Shown here piece by piece: positions 1-11,487 of a stretch of 64,000 nucleotides of DNA. The position numbers and the translations under genes are program-made. The DNA is taken from contig CAWGRH010000001.1 in assembly GCA_963824905.1 (NCBI GenBank), positions 302,039 to 366,038 on the forward strand. Reading direction: 5' to 3'. The notes under the pieces are model-generated. The model was given only the letters and a program-made list of their open reading frames with translations. It ran no database searches and had not been told where the DNA came from. The first letter of the stretch is position 1, and each line of letters begins with the position of its first letter. Origin of the DNA: an uncultured Alphaproteobacteria bacterium (GTDB taxonomy: Bacteria > Pseudomonadota > Alphaproteobacteria > Rhizobiales > Xanthobacteraceae).

Positions 1-1329
<1,329 letters not shown>

Positions 1330-1350
1330 TGGAGGTGCGGGAGTACGACC

Positions 1351-1611
1351 ATGAGCCGGTACTGGTTCAAGCCCAAACGATACGGATACGGCGCCACCCC
1401 GATCACCTGGGAGGGCTGGGTGTTCACCCTGGCGATCATGCTGGTCATCCTCGGTTCCGGCTGGCTGCTGCTCGGCACCGGTGCGCCGCGCGGCACCGCG
1501 ACGGTGTGGGTCTGGTGGGTGATCGTGATGGTCGTCCTCGCCGCCTCGGTCGCGGTGACGAAAGCCAAGACCGAGGGCGCCTGGGGCTGGCGGTGGGGAC
1601 GCGACCGCTAG
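1351..1611 (+). CDS. small hypothetical membrane protein embedded in suf operon
   Basis: 86-aa ORF between sufB and sufC on the same strand. It has two hydrophobic segments (WVFTLAIMLVILGSGWLLLG and VWVWWVIVMVVLAASVAV). No family recognised. Confidence 0.5.
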   Translation: MSRYWFKPKRYGYGATPITWEGWVFTLAIMLVILGSGWLLLGTGAPRGTATVWVWWVIVMVVLAASVAVTKAKTEGAWGWRWGRDR

Positions 1612-1717
1612 TCGCGAACACCGCCGAACCGACAACCGATGACGGGCCGGACCGATGCGGCGCAGGGCGCCGCATGGTTGCCAGTCGATACACCGGCCGA
1701 TGAAGGAAGAAGATAAC

Positions 1718-2473
1718 GTGAGCTTGCTCGAAATCAGGGACCTCCATGTCAGGGTCGACGACCGCGAGATCCTCAAGGGTCTCGACCTGACCGTGAACGA
1801 AGGCGAGGTCCACGCCATCATGGGGCCGAACGGCTCGGGCAAGTCGACGCTCGCCCATGTGCTGTCCGGCAAGCCCGGCTACGATGTGACCGAGGGCTCG
1901 GTGATCTACGAGGGCGCCGACCTCCTCGCGCTTTCGCCGGACGAGCGCGCCGCGCGCGGCATCTTCCTCGCCTTCCAGTATCCGCTGGAAATTCCCGGCG
2001 TCGCCACCATGACCTTCCTGCGCACCGCGCTCAACGCCCAGCGCAAGGCGCGCGGCGAGAAGGAGCTGTCGACTCCGGAATTCATGAAGCGGGTGCGTGA
2101 GGCGGCGGGCAAGCTCTCGATCGACCAGGACATGCTGCGCCGGCCGGTCAATGTCGGCTTTTCCGGCGGCGAGAAGAAGCGCAACGAGATTCTGCAGATG
2201 GCGTTGCTCGAGCCCAAGCTCGCAGTGCTCGACGAGACCGACTCCGGCCTCGACATCGACGCCCTCAAGCTCGTCGCCGACGGCGTCAACCGGCTGCGCT
2301 CGCCCAAGCGCGCGATGATCGTCATCACCCATTACCAGCGCCTGCTCGACCACATCGTGCCCGACATCGTGCACGTGCTTTCGAAGGGACGCATCGTGCG
2401 CACCGGCGGCAAGGAGCTCGCGCTCGAGCTCGAGGCCAAGGGCTATGCGCAATACCAGGACGAGGCGGCATGA
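1718..2473 (+). CDS. sufC: Fe-S cluster assembly ATPase SufC
   Basis: Walker A GPNGSGKST, signature FSGGEKKRNEIL and Walker B LAVLDETDSGLD. GTG at 1718 is preceded by GAAGGAAGAAG; the alternative ATG at 1700 lacks an RBS. Confidence 0.93.
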   Translation: MSLLEIRDLHVRVDDREILKGLDLTVNEGEVHAIMGPNGSGKSTLAHVLSGKPGYDVTEGSVIYEGADLLALSPDERAARGIFLAFQYPLEIPGVATMTFLRTALNAQRKARGEKELSTPEFMKRVREAAGKLSIDQDMLRRPVNVGFSGGEKKRNEILQMALLEPKLAVLDETDSGLDIDALKLVADGVNRLRSPKRAMIVITHYQRLLDHIVPDIVHVLSKGRIVRTGGKELALELEAKGYAQYQDEAA

Positions 2474-2477
2474 CGCC

Positions 2478-3803
2478 ATGACGACGGAGCTCAAGCCCAT
2501 CAGGACGGCGGCGGAGGCGGGCCTCGTCGAGGCCTTCGCGGCGCTGCGCCCGCGGCTTGCCGGCACCGCTACCGCGGCGCGGCGGGAGGCCGCGTTCCAC
2601 CGCTTCGAGACAGCGGGCCTGCCGCACCGGCGCATCGAGGAGTGGAAGTACACCGACCTGCGCGCGCTGATGCGGGACGCCAAGCCCCTTGCCGCGCCGC
2701 CCGATGCTGCGGCGAAAGCACGGGCCCACGATGCCGGCCGCGTGCTCGCGCGTGTCCCGGCGCGCCGCATCGTGTTCGTCGACGGCATGATGGTGCCGGA
2801 GCTCTCCGATCTCACGCCGGAGCCGGGATTGACGATTTCCTCGCTGCGCGACGTGCTCGGAAGCGGCGATCCCGCAATGTTGGCACGGCTTGGGGCAGGC
2901 CCCGCCGAGGGCGACATCGCCTATGCGCTCAACACCGCCTTCATGGGGGACGGCGCCGTCATCGAGGTCGCGCCGGGCGCGCATCCGGCCCGGCCGGTGC
3001 ATCTCGTCTTTGCTTACGCCTCGGACCGCGCGGCCGCCGTGTTCACGCGCTCGCTGGTGACGATCGGCGCCGGCGCCGCCTTGACGCTGTTCGAAAGCCA
3101 TGAGGGCACCGACGGGATCGGCTACCAGGTCAATGCTGCGCTCGATCTCGACCTCGGCGACGGCGCGGCACTCGATCACGTCAAGGTCGGCACCGAGGGC
3201 AGCGATGCGCTGCATCTATCGACGCTGAGCGCGACCATCGGCGCTGACGCGCGGTTTAGCGATATGAGCTTCATCACCGGCGGCAACGTCGTGCGCAGTC
3301 AGCCGTTCGTTCGCTGCGCCGGCCCCCGCTCCGAAATTTCGATCAATGGCGCGAGCCTGCTCAAGGCGCGCCAGCACGTCGACACCACCATGCTGGTCGA
3401 TCACGCTGTCGGCCATTGCCGCGGCCGCGAGGTCTTCAAGTCCGTCCTCGATGATGCGAGCCGCGGCGTGTTCCAGGGCAAGATCATCGTCCGTCACGGC
3501 GCCCAGAAGACCGATGCCCGCATGATGTCGCGTGCGCTCCTCCTCTCCGATGACGCCGAGGCCGACAACAAGCCGGAGCTCGAGATTTTCGCCGACGACG
3601 TGCAGTGCGGCCACGGCGCGACGTCGGGCGCGCTCGACGACACCTTGAAGTTCTACCTGATGGCCCGTGGCATCCCCGAGCGGGAGGCCGAGGCGCTGTT
3701 GATCCTGTCCTTCGTCGCGGAGGCGATCGAGGAGGTCCGGCACCAGGGCGCCCGTAACGCGCTGATCGAAGCGACCCGCCTCTGGCTCGACGCGCGGCTG
3801 TAG
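2478..3803 (+). CDS. sufD: Fe-S cluster assembly protein SufD
   Basis: SufB/D-family C-terminal beta-helix motifs (TDARMMSRALLLSDDAEADNKPELEIFADDVQCGHGATSG). ATG lies 5 nt after the sufC stop. Confidence 0.9.
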   Translation: MTTELKPIRTAAEAGLVEAFAALRPRLAGTATAARREAAFHRFETAGLPHRRIEEWKYTDLRALMRDAKPLAAPPDAAAKARAHDAGRVLARVPARRIVFVDGMMVPELSDLTPEPGLTISSLRDVLGSGDPAMLARLGAGPAEGDIAYALNTAFMGDGAVIEVAPGAHPARPVHLVFAYASDRAAAVFTRSLVTIGAGAALTLFESHEGTDGIGYQVNAALDLDLGDGAALDHVKVGTEGSDALHLSTLSATIGADARFSDMSFITGGNVVRSQPFVRCAGPRSEISINGASLLKARQHVDTTMLVDHAVGHCRGREVFKSVLDDASRGVFQGKIIVRHGAQKTDARMMSRALLLSDDAEADNKPELEIFADDVQCGHGATSGALDDTLKFYLMARGIPEREAEALLILSFVAEAIEEVRHQGARNALIEATRLWLDARL

Positions 3804-3814
3804 GAGAAAGACCG

Positions 3815-5077
3815 GTGCCCAAGCACCCCGCAGTGATCCACCCCGCAGTGATCAACGGTGGCTTCGACGTCGCCAAGGTGCGCGAGGATTTTCCGATCCT
3901 CGCCATGCCGATCTACGGCAAGCCGCTTGTCTATCTCGACAACGCCGCCTCGGCGCAGAAGCCGAAACTCGTGCTCGACCGCATCCAGCAGGCCTACACC
4001 TCGGAATATGCCAACGTGCATCGCGGCCTGCACTTCCTCGCCAATGCCGCGACCGAGGCCTATGAAGGCGCGCGCGAGAAGGTGAGGGGCTTCCTCAACG
4101 CCGAGCGGGCGGAAGAGATCATCTTCACCCGCAACGCTACTGAAGCGATCAACCTCGTCGCCTACACCTTCGGCCGCGAGCGCATCAAGGCGGGCGACGA
4201 GATCGTGCTCTCGATCATGGAGCACCACTCCAACATCGTGCCCTGGCATTTCCTGCGCGAGCGCTACGGCGCGGTGATCAAATGGGCGCCGGTCGACGAC
4301 GACGGCAACTTCCTCATCGACGAGTTCGAGAAGCTCCTGACCGACCGTACCAAGATGGTCGCGATCACCCACATGTCCAACATGCTCGGAACCGTGGTGC
4401 CGGTGAAGGAGGTGGTGCGGATCGCGCACGCCCGCGGCATCCCGGTGCTGGTCGACGGCGCCCAGGGGGCCGTTCATCTCGACGTCGACGTGCGCGACAT
4501 CGACGCCGATTTCTATGTCCTTACCGGGCACAAGCTCTACGGCCCGACCGGGATCGGCGTGCTCTACGGCAAGTATGCCCATCTCGTGGCGATGCCGCCG
4601 TTCAATGGCGGCGGCGAGATGATCCGTGAGGTATTCGAGGACCGTATCACCTACGGCGATCCGCCCCACAAGTTCGAGGCCGGCACGCCGTCGATCGTCC
4701 AGGCGATCGGCCTCGGTGCCGCGATCGACTACGTCAATTCGCTCGGCCGCGACCGCATCCGCACCCACGAGCACGGGCTTCTCGCCTACGCCACCGACCG
4801 CCTGCGCGAGATCAACTCGCTCAAGATTCTCGGGATGGCGCGCGACAAGGGCGCGATCATCTCCTTCGAGATGAAGGGCGCACATCCCCACGATGTCGCG
4901 ACCATCATCGACCGATCCGGCGTCGCGGTGCGCGCCGGCACGCATTGCGTGATGCCGCTGCTCGCCCGGTTCGGGGCGACGGCGAGTTGCCGCGCCTCGT
5001 TCGCGCTCTACAACACCCGCGAGGAAGTCGATACGCTCGCGAGCGCACTGCGCAAAGCACAGGAATTCTTCGCATGA
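3815..5077 (+). CDS. sufS: cysteine desulfurase SufS (PLP-dependent, class V)
   Basis: 420 aa with SufS/CsdB motifs (HHSNIVPW, TGHKLYGPTGIGVLYG, RAGTHCVMPL). GTG start. Confidence 0.93.
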   Translation: MPKHPAVIHPAVINGGFDVAKVREDFPILAMPIYGKPLVYLDNAASAQKPKLVLDRIQQAYTSEYANVHRGLHFLANAATEAYEGAREKVRGFLNAERAEEIIFTRNATEAINLVAYTFGRERIKAGDEIVLSIMEHHSNIVPWHFLRERYGAVIKWAPVDDDGNFLIDEFEKLLTDRTKMVAITHMSNMLGTVVPVKEVVRIAHARGIPVLVDGAQGAVHLDVDVRDIDADFYVLTGHKLYGPTGIGVLYGKYAHLVAMPPFNGGGEMIREVFEDRITYGDPPHKFEAGTPSIVQAIGLGAAIDYVNSLGRDRIRTHEHGLLAYATDRLREINSLKILGMARDKGAIISFEMKGAHPHDVATIIDRSGVAVRAGTHCVMPLLARFGATASCRASFALYNTREEVDTLASALRKAQEFFA

Positions 5078-5520
5078 GTGATCCGGTCGACGCACCGACC
5101 CCTGCGGCGCCCGAAGCTTCGGGAACGACGGCACCGCCGCACGCGGCAGCGGGCGGCGTCTCTCCCGCTGCGGTGAACGGCGCTGCCGTCTCCGATGCTG
5201 CCGTCTCCGACGATCTGGCGCGGCTCACCGACGAGATCGTGACTGCGATCAAGACCGTCTACGATCCCGAGATTCCCGCCGACGTCTACGAGCTCGGCCT
5301 CATCTACAAGATCGACATCGCGGACGACCGCGCCGTCCATGTGGAGATGACGCTGACGACGCCGAACTGCCCGTCGGCGCAGGAGCTGCCGACCATGGTG
5401 GAGAATGCGGTGGCGAGCGTGCCCGGCGTCGGCCCGGTCGACGTCAGGGTGGTGTGGGATCCGCCCTGGGAGCCGAGCCGGATGTCGGACGAGGCGCGGG
5501 TGGTGCTCAACATGTGGTGA
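5074..5520 (+). CDS. sufT: SUF-system DUF59 (MIP18/SufT-like) Fe-S assembly protein
   Basis: ATGA overlap with the sufS stop. DUF59 core (VYDPEIPADVYELGLIY...TLTTPNCPSAQELP) follows an Ala/Pro-rich N-terminus. Confidence 0.82.
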   Translation: MSDPVDAPTPAAPEASGTTAPPHAAAGGVSPAAVNGAAVSDAAVSDDLARLTDEIVTAIKTVYDPEIPADVYELGLIYKIDIADDRAVHVEMTLTTPNCPSAQELPTMVENAVASVPGVGPVDVRVVWDPPWEPSRMSDEARVVLNMW

Positions 5521-5523
5521 GGC

Positions 5524-5551
5524 GTGCGGCATCGCCTTACCGATGCCGCAC
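5524..5551 (+). terminator. intra-operon hairpin between sufT and sufA (11-bp stem)
   Basis: gtgcggcatcg-ccttac-cgatgccgcac is a perfect 11-bp stem. It has no strong U-tract, so it may be an attenuator or mRNA-stability element rather than a full terminator. Confidence 0.35.
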
Positions 5552-5626
5552 GGAGTATTACTGTCGAACCGGAGTCTGTGTTCCTATATTCAACCTGCTG
5601 CTTCGGCCCTTGAAGCCGGTGGAGAA

Positions 5627-6022
5627 ATGGAAATGGCGACATCTCGCCCGAGACCCCAGGTGATGCGGCTCTCCGAAGCCGCGGCGCAACGCATCCGCGA
5701 TGCCATCGGCAAGGCCGACCGGCCCGTCGCCGGTGTGCGCGTCGGCGTCAAGAACGGCGGCTGCGCCGGCATGTCCTACACCATGGAATACGCCGAAACG
5801 GTCAACCCGCTCGACGAGATCGTCGAGGACCGGGGCGTGCGGCTCCTGATCGATCCGAAGGCGGTGCTGTTCCTGCTCGGCACCGAGATGGACTACAAGA
5901 CCGACAAGATGTCCGCGGGCTTCGTCTTCAACAACCCCAACCAGACCTCGGCCTGCGGCTGCGGCGAGTCGGTCGCGATCACGCCGGCAACGGCGGAAGG
6001 GGATTCGGCGCAGCCGGGCTGA
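5627..6022 (+). CDS. sufA: A-type Fe-S cluster carrier (SufA/IscA/HesB family)
   Basis: HesB motifs GVKNGGCAGMSY and the C-terminal CGCGES. GGAGAA RBS lies before the ATG at 5627. Confidence 0.88.
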   Translation: MEMATSRPRPQVMRLSEAAAQRIRDAIGKADRPVAGVRVGVKNGGCAGMSYTMEYAETVNPLDEIVEDRGVRLLIDPKAVLFLLGTEMDYKTDKMSAGFVFNNPNQTSACGCGESVAITPATAEGDSAQPG

Positions 6023-6048
6023 TCTCATTGCGGTTCCAATTTGACTCA

Positions 6049-6296
6049 GTCATTCCGGGGCCGGCCGCAGGCACTACTGTGTCATAAGCGCAAGTAGGGT
6101 GTGCAACCGCGGTTCCTGCGGCCGATCGCGTGCGCAAAATCGCGCAGCGCGGTTGCGCACGCTGCCAGACCCTCACAGCGCGATTTTGCACACGCCTACG
6201 AATTTGTGACGCAGTAGGGTCGGCCGGAACCCGCGATCCACATGCCTGCGAAGAATGCGGACTCCGGGTTCGCGCTGATGCGCGCCCCGGAATGAC
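6049..6296. repeat. composite palindromic intergenic element (family A: gtcattccgggg...ccccggaatgac) with nested inverted repeat
   Basis: The outer arms are gtcattccggggcc (6049) and gccccggaatgac (6296). The inner inverted repeat is gtgcgcaaaatcgcgc / gcgcgattttgcacac. Related arms recur at 18909, 23919 and 26741. Confidence 0.8.
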
Positions 6297-6329
6297 GAAT
6301 TCGATTTTCTGAAGGGCCGAGTTGCCGGT

Positions 6330-7901
<1,572 letters not shown>

Positions 7902-8122
7902 GCACCCTCATAGCACAACCGCCCGGAGCTTTGCCGCGCCGGACATTGTTAAGTGTACGTGCGATGTGCGCGGTTGTGGGCGGTCCGTTGTTGTGATCGG
8001 ACCGAACGCAGGGAACATATGCGCGAAGCGCGCGAAGTCAATGCTGGTCGGCCAATAAGTCATTTCTGTGTCTGTGTTTCGCATGGCGGCCATCGCGCCG
8101 GCGCGAGCAACTGAGTCGCGTA

Positions 8123-8248
8123 CCTCCGCGTCTTCGGGAAGGGCAGGGTGGGGTACTTTCTTCCTTGCTCGCTTGGCTCGCGGACCCGACCCGATCGCGC
8201 TATCGCTCGGCCACCCTCACCGAAGACGGACCGAAGACGGGGAGGGAT
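8123..8248. repeat. intergenic palindromic repeat, family C (ccctcccc-loop-ggggaggg + ggggtgggg)
   Basis: The string gtcttcgggaagggcagggtggggtactttcttccttgctcgc recurs, nearly identical, at 55953-56086 and inverted at 9530-9643. Confidence 0.85.
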
Positions 8249-8337
8249 AATCCCCGCCCGGTCGGCCTGGGTTGATCGGCACGGCAGAGCCTGCGACAAG
8301 GCCGCCGCGCTTCGAGCGAATGCGGGGCCGGCGAATC

Positions 8338-9513
8338 ATGACCGCTTTTCTCATGCTGTGGCTTTCGGCGCAGGCGGTGTCGGTCGTCGCGGTGCTGATC
8401 TTCTGCGCGAGCCTCGGGCGCGCGCCGCGGCTCGCGCGGGTGCCGCGCGTCGCCGTGCTGGTGGCGGTCAAAGGACACAACGTCCAGCTCGATCCGTTCC
8501 TGCGCTCATTGTTCGACCAGGACTACCCCGAGTACCGGCTCATCTTCGCGGTGGAATCGGCGGACGACCCGGCAGTCGCCGCGATCGCGCCGTGGCGGGA
8601 ACAGCTCGGGACCCGCGTGGCGCTGGTCGTTGCCGGGCTTTCGGTCAATGAAGGGCAGAAGACCACCAACCTGCTCGCTGCGGTGGCGCGGCTCGAGCCT
8701 GATGACGAGGTCATCGTGCTCGCCGACGCCGACATCGTCGCCGATCGGGACTGGATCACCCAGCTTGTCGCACCGCTCACGCGCGGCGAGGCCGATCTCG
8801 TCTCTGGCTTTACCTGGGTGGTCGCCACCGACCGCCGACCCGCCACCTTCCTCCTCGCGTCGATCGCCGCGGCGCTGTCGACTTTCCCCCGGCTGCCGTT
8901 CCTCAACGCCGCCTGGGGCGGCTCGACGGCGCTGACGCGGCAGACCTTCGACAAGCTCGGCGTCGCGGCGGCCTGGCGCGGGACGTTGAGCGACGATCTC
9001 CAGCTCACCGCGATCGCCCAGCGCGCGCACTGCCGGATCGCGGCGCCGTCCGATGTGCTGCCGCGGACGCTCGGCCACACCGCCGGCTTCGCCGCGGTCG
9101 CCGCCCAGGCCCGGCGGTGGTACATGCTGGTGCGCATCTACCTGCCGGCGACCTATGCGCTGATGCTCGCGGGGGCGACGTTCATCGCTTCGGGGTGGTT
9201 CATTGCGCTTGCGGGCGCCGTAACCGGCGATGCGTTGGCCGCGAAGGTTTTCGCCGGCGCGCTCGTCTGTGCCGCGCTGCGCGACGCCGGCCGCGCCATC
9301 CTCGTCACGAGGCTATGGGGCCGCGCGGGGCTTCGCGAGAATCTCGCGTTCCTGCTGGTCGAGCCGCTGATCGCGCCGATCGCCTCGGTTTCCAACGCCG
9401 CCTTCGCGTGGTCGGCGCTCGGCATGCGCCGCACCACCTGGGCCGGCATCACCTACGAGCTCGACGGACCGCAGAAGGTGAAGGTGGTGGGGCGTGCGAG
9501 CGCAGGAGGGTAG
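8338..9513 (+). CDS. membrane glycosyltransferase, GT2/GT21 (ceramide-glucosyltransferase-like)
   Basis: N-terminal TM helix, then VAVLVAVKG...DQDYPEYRLIFAVES...VLADADIVADRDW (DxD) and C-terminal TM segments. The start at 8338 was chosen to sit before the first TM helix; the ORF is open from 8272. Confidence 0.75.
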   Translation: MTAFLMLWLSAQAVSVVAVLIFCASLGRAPRLARVPRVAVLVAVKGHNVQLDPFLRSLFDQDYPEYRLIFAVESADDPAVAAIAPWREQLGTRVALVVAGLSVNEGQKTTNLLAAVARLEPDDEVIVLADADIVADRDWITQLVAPLTRGEADLVSGFTWVVATDRRPATFLLASIAAALSTFPRLPFLNAAWGGSTALTRQTFDKLGVAAAWRGTLSDDLQLTAIAQRAHCRIAAPSDVLPRTLGHTAGFAAVAAQARRWYMLVRIYLPATYALMLAGATFIASGWFIALAGAVTGDALAAKVFAGALVCAALRDAGRAILVTRLWGRAGLRENLAFLLVEPLIAPIASVSNAAFAWSALGMRRTTWAGITYELDGPQKVKVVGRASAGG

Positions 9514-9529
9514 GGCGAGGCGCACAAAT

Positions 9530-9643
9530 CCCTCCCCGGTTTCGGGGAGGGTGGCCGAGCGTCAGCGAGGTCGGGTGGGGTCCGCGAGCGTCAGCGAGCG
9601 AAGAAAGAACCCCACCCCGCCCTTCCCGAAGACGGGGAGGGAG
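9530..9643. repeat. intergenic palindromic repeat, family C (inverted copy)
   Basis: ccctccccggtttcggggaggg ... ccccaccccgcccttcccgaagacggggaggg is the reverse complement of the 8123 and 55953 copies. Confidence 0.85.
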
Positions 9644-9650
9644 AAGGGCG

Positions 9651-11315
9651 TCAATCCAGCGGCTCGACCTTGACGATCGAGGCGCCGTGGTTGCTGCCGA
9701 CCCAGAGCGTGCCCGGCTTCTTGGAATCATCGATGTGGACGCGCCGGATATTGGTCGAGCGCGGCAACTGGTATTCCGTGTACTGGCCGGTCGCGATGTC
9801 GAGGCGCGCCACGCGATCGGTCAGCATCGAGCCGGTCCAGGCCTCGCCGTTGCGGTCGGCCTCGGCGTCATAGGGAGCGCTCCACGGCGTCGGCACCTTC
9901 CATTCCGATATCTTCTCGGTCTTCGGGTCGAACATGCCGATGGCGTTGCCGTTGTACTCCGCGAACCACAGCCGGCCTTGTTCGTCGACGCGCCCGCGCC
10001 GCGGACGCGAGTTCGGGGTCGGCGTCACGTAGATCGTCGGCTCCTTGGTCTTGGCGTCGATCTTGACGATGTTTCCGGCCGCGAAGTCGAGCAGGTAGGC
10101 GTTGTTCTGGGCATCGGAATGGATGCCGTAGGTGCCGATGCGCCTGGAGGTGCGGGGATCCTTGAAAGCCCCCAGGTTCTCCATCTTGTTGGTGCCGAGA
10201 TCGAGACGGTAGATGTTGCCGCCGTCCGAATTCTTGATCCACACCTTGTTGTCGATCGGCGTGCCTTCGAGCGCGAGATGCCCGAGCTGGCCGGCGTCGG
10301 TGTCCCATTCCTTCGGTGTCGACCAGGTCTGGAAGGTCTCGGTCTTCTTGTCGAACTTGGCGATGGCGCTCTGATACATCACGCCGACCCAGGGATTGTC
10401 ATCCCGGTCGAATTCGAGATTGAGCGTGCCGACGGGATAGCCCTTCTTGACGACCGGTATCGGATATTGCGTCACCTTGCCGGTCTTCGCATCCATCTTG
10501 CCGAGGAACATCTGGCCGAAGTCGGAGTACCAGACGGTGCCCTCGCGATCGAGCGACACGTCGTGCGGCTGGATCAGCGAGTTCGGCAAATCGTATTCGG
10601 TGATGATGACGTGCGTCGACTTGCCGGTGAGCCGCGGCAGGGTCTTGAGCGGATAGCTCCAGGTCACCTGCTGGCTCAGGTTGATGGAGGCGAGGAATTC
10701 GGCGTTCTTCCTCGCATTGTCGCCGCCGCGGCCGACTTCGCGAGACGCGTCGCCCACGAGCGGTTGCGGCTTTATTGGAGTGCTGCCGGGATAGTAGCTA
10801 CCCATCCGTTTGAATATCTGCAGGAACTCTTCCGGATCGTGCACCGACCTCACGATGCGCTCGATGCTGTGGCAGCCATTGCAGTTGAGCAGGAACGACT
10901 TCTGCTGGTCTGTGCCAGGCATGCTCAACATCCATTCGGCGTTGGTGAGCTGCTTGGTCAGATTGTGGGTAGGCTCGAGCTTGATGTCGGCGGTGGCTGC
11001 CTGTCCGGCCGCCACGTTGGCGGCCTTCGGGCCGTCGAGGTCGTAGCCGACCGCGCGGGCGCTGATCGTGTAATGCCCGGGTTCGAGCCGATCAGCCGGG
11101 AAGCTGTACCGGCCCTTTTCGTTGGAGACGACGCTCACCGTGATCGTGCCGCCATCCTTCTTGGCGCTGACGACGACACCTTCCATCGCGCCTTCCTTGG
11201 CGGAGGACACCTGTCCGGTGAGCGCGGCGGGTGCCTGCGCCCAAGCGGCGTGGGACATCAGTAAAGGCAGTGCCGTCGCGGTCGCGGCGGTGATGATCGA
11301 CCAGCTTGTGCGCAT
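9651..11315 (-). CDS. secreted Ig-like (carboxypeptidase-regulatory-like) + single CxxCH haem motif + Vgb/NHL-type beta-propeller protein, paralog 1
   Basis: Signal peptide ending AWAQAP. GQVSSAKEGAMEGVVVSAKK...GRYSFPADRLEPGHYTI Ig-like domain. CNGCH motif. Repeated G.vW...G..D.kTGk blades. GGAGG RBS. Confidence 0.85.
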   Translation of the reverse strand: MRTSWSIITAATATALPLLMSHAAWAQAPAALTGQVSSAKEGAMEGVVVSAKKDGGTITVSVVSNEKGRYSFPADRLEPGHYTISARAVGYDLDGPKAANVAAGQAATADIKLEPTHNLTKQLTNAEWMLSMPGTDQQKSFLLNCNGCHSIERIVRSVHDPEEFLQIFKRMGSYYPGSTPIKPQPLVGDASREVGRGGDNARKNAEFLASINLSQQVTWSYPLKTLPRLTGKSTHVIITEYDLPNSLIQPHDVSLDREGTVWYSDFGQMFLGKMDAKTGKVTQYPIPVVKKGYPVGTLNLEFDRDDNPWVGVMYQSAIAKFDKKTETFQTWSTPKEWDTDAGQLGHLALEGTPIDNKVWIKNSDGGNIYRLDLGTNKMENLGAFKDPRTSRRIGTYGIHSDAQNNAYLLDFAAGNIVKIDAKTKEPTIYVTPTPNSRPRRGRVDEQGRLWFAEYNGNAIGMFDPKTEKISEWKVPTPWSAPYDAEADRNGEAWTGSMLTDRVARLDIATGQYTEYQLPRSTNIRRVHIDDSKKPGTLWVGSNHGASIVKVEPLD

Positions 11316-11487
11316 TGTCGCCTCCGAGGAAATTCGCCGGATCGGGCGCCGGGGAATGTCTTGATCGACCCGTCGTAACGACCGGCACCATTCTTTGCTT
11401 TACGATCGCCCGCGAACCTTGGTCCGCGGGCGCACCACATCACAGCAAAAGGGACCGGCCTTGGCCGGTCCCCTCAAGCTCTCGACC

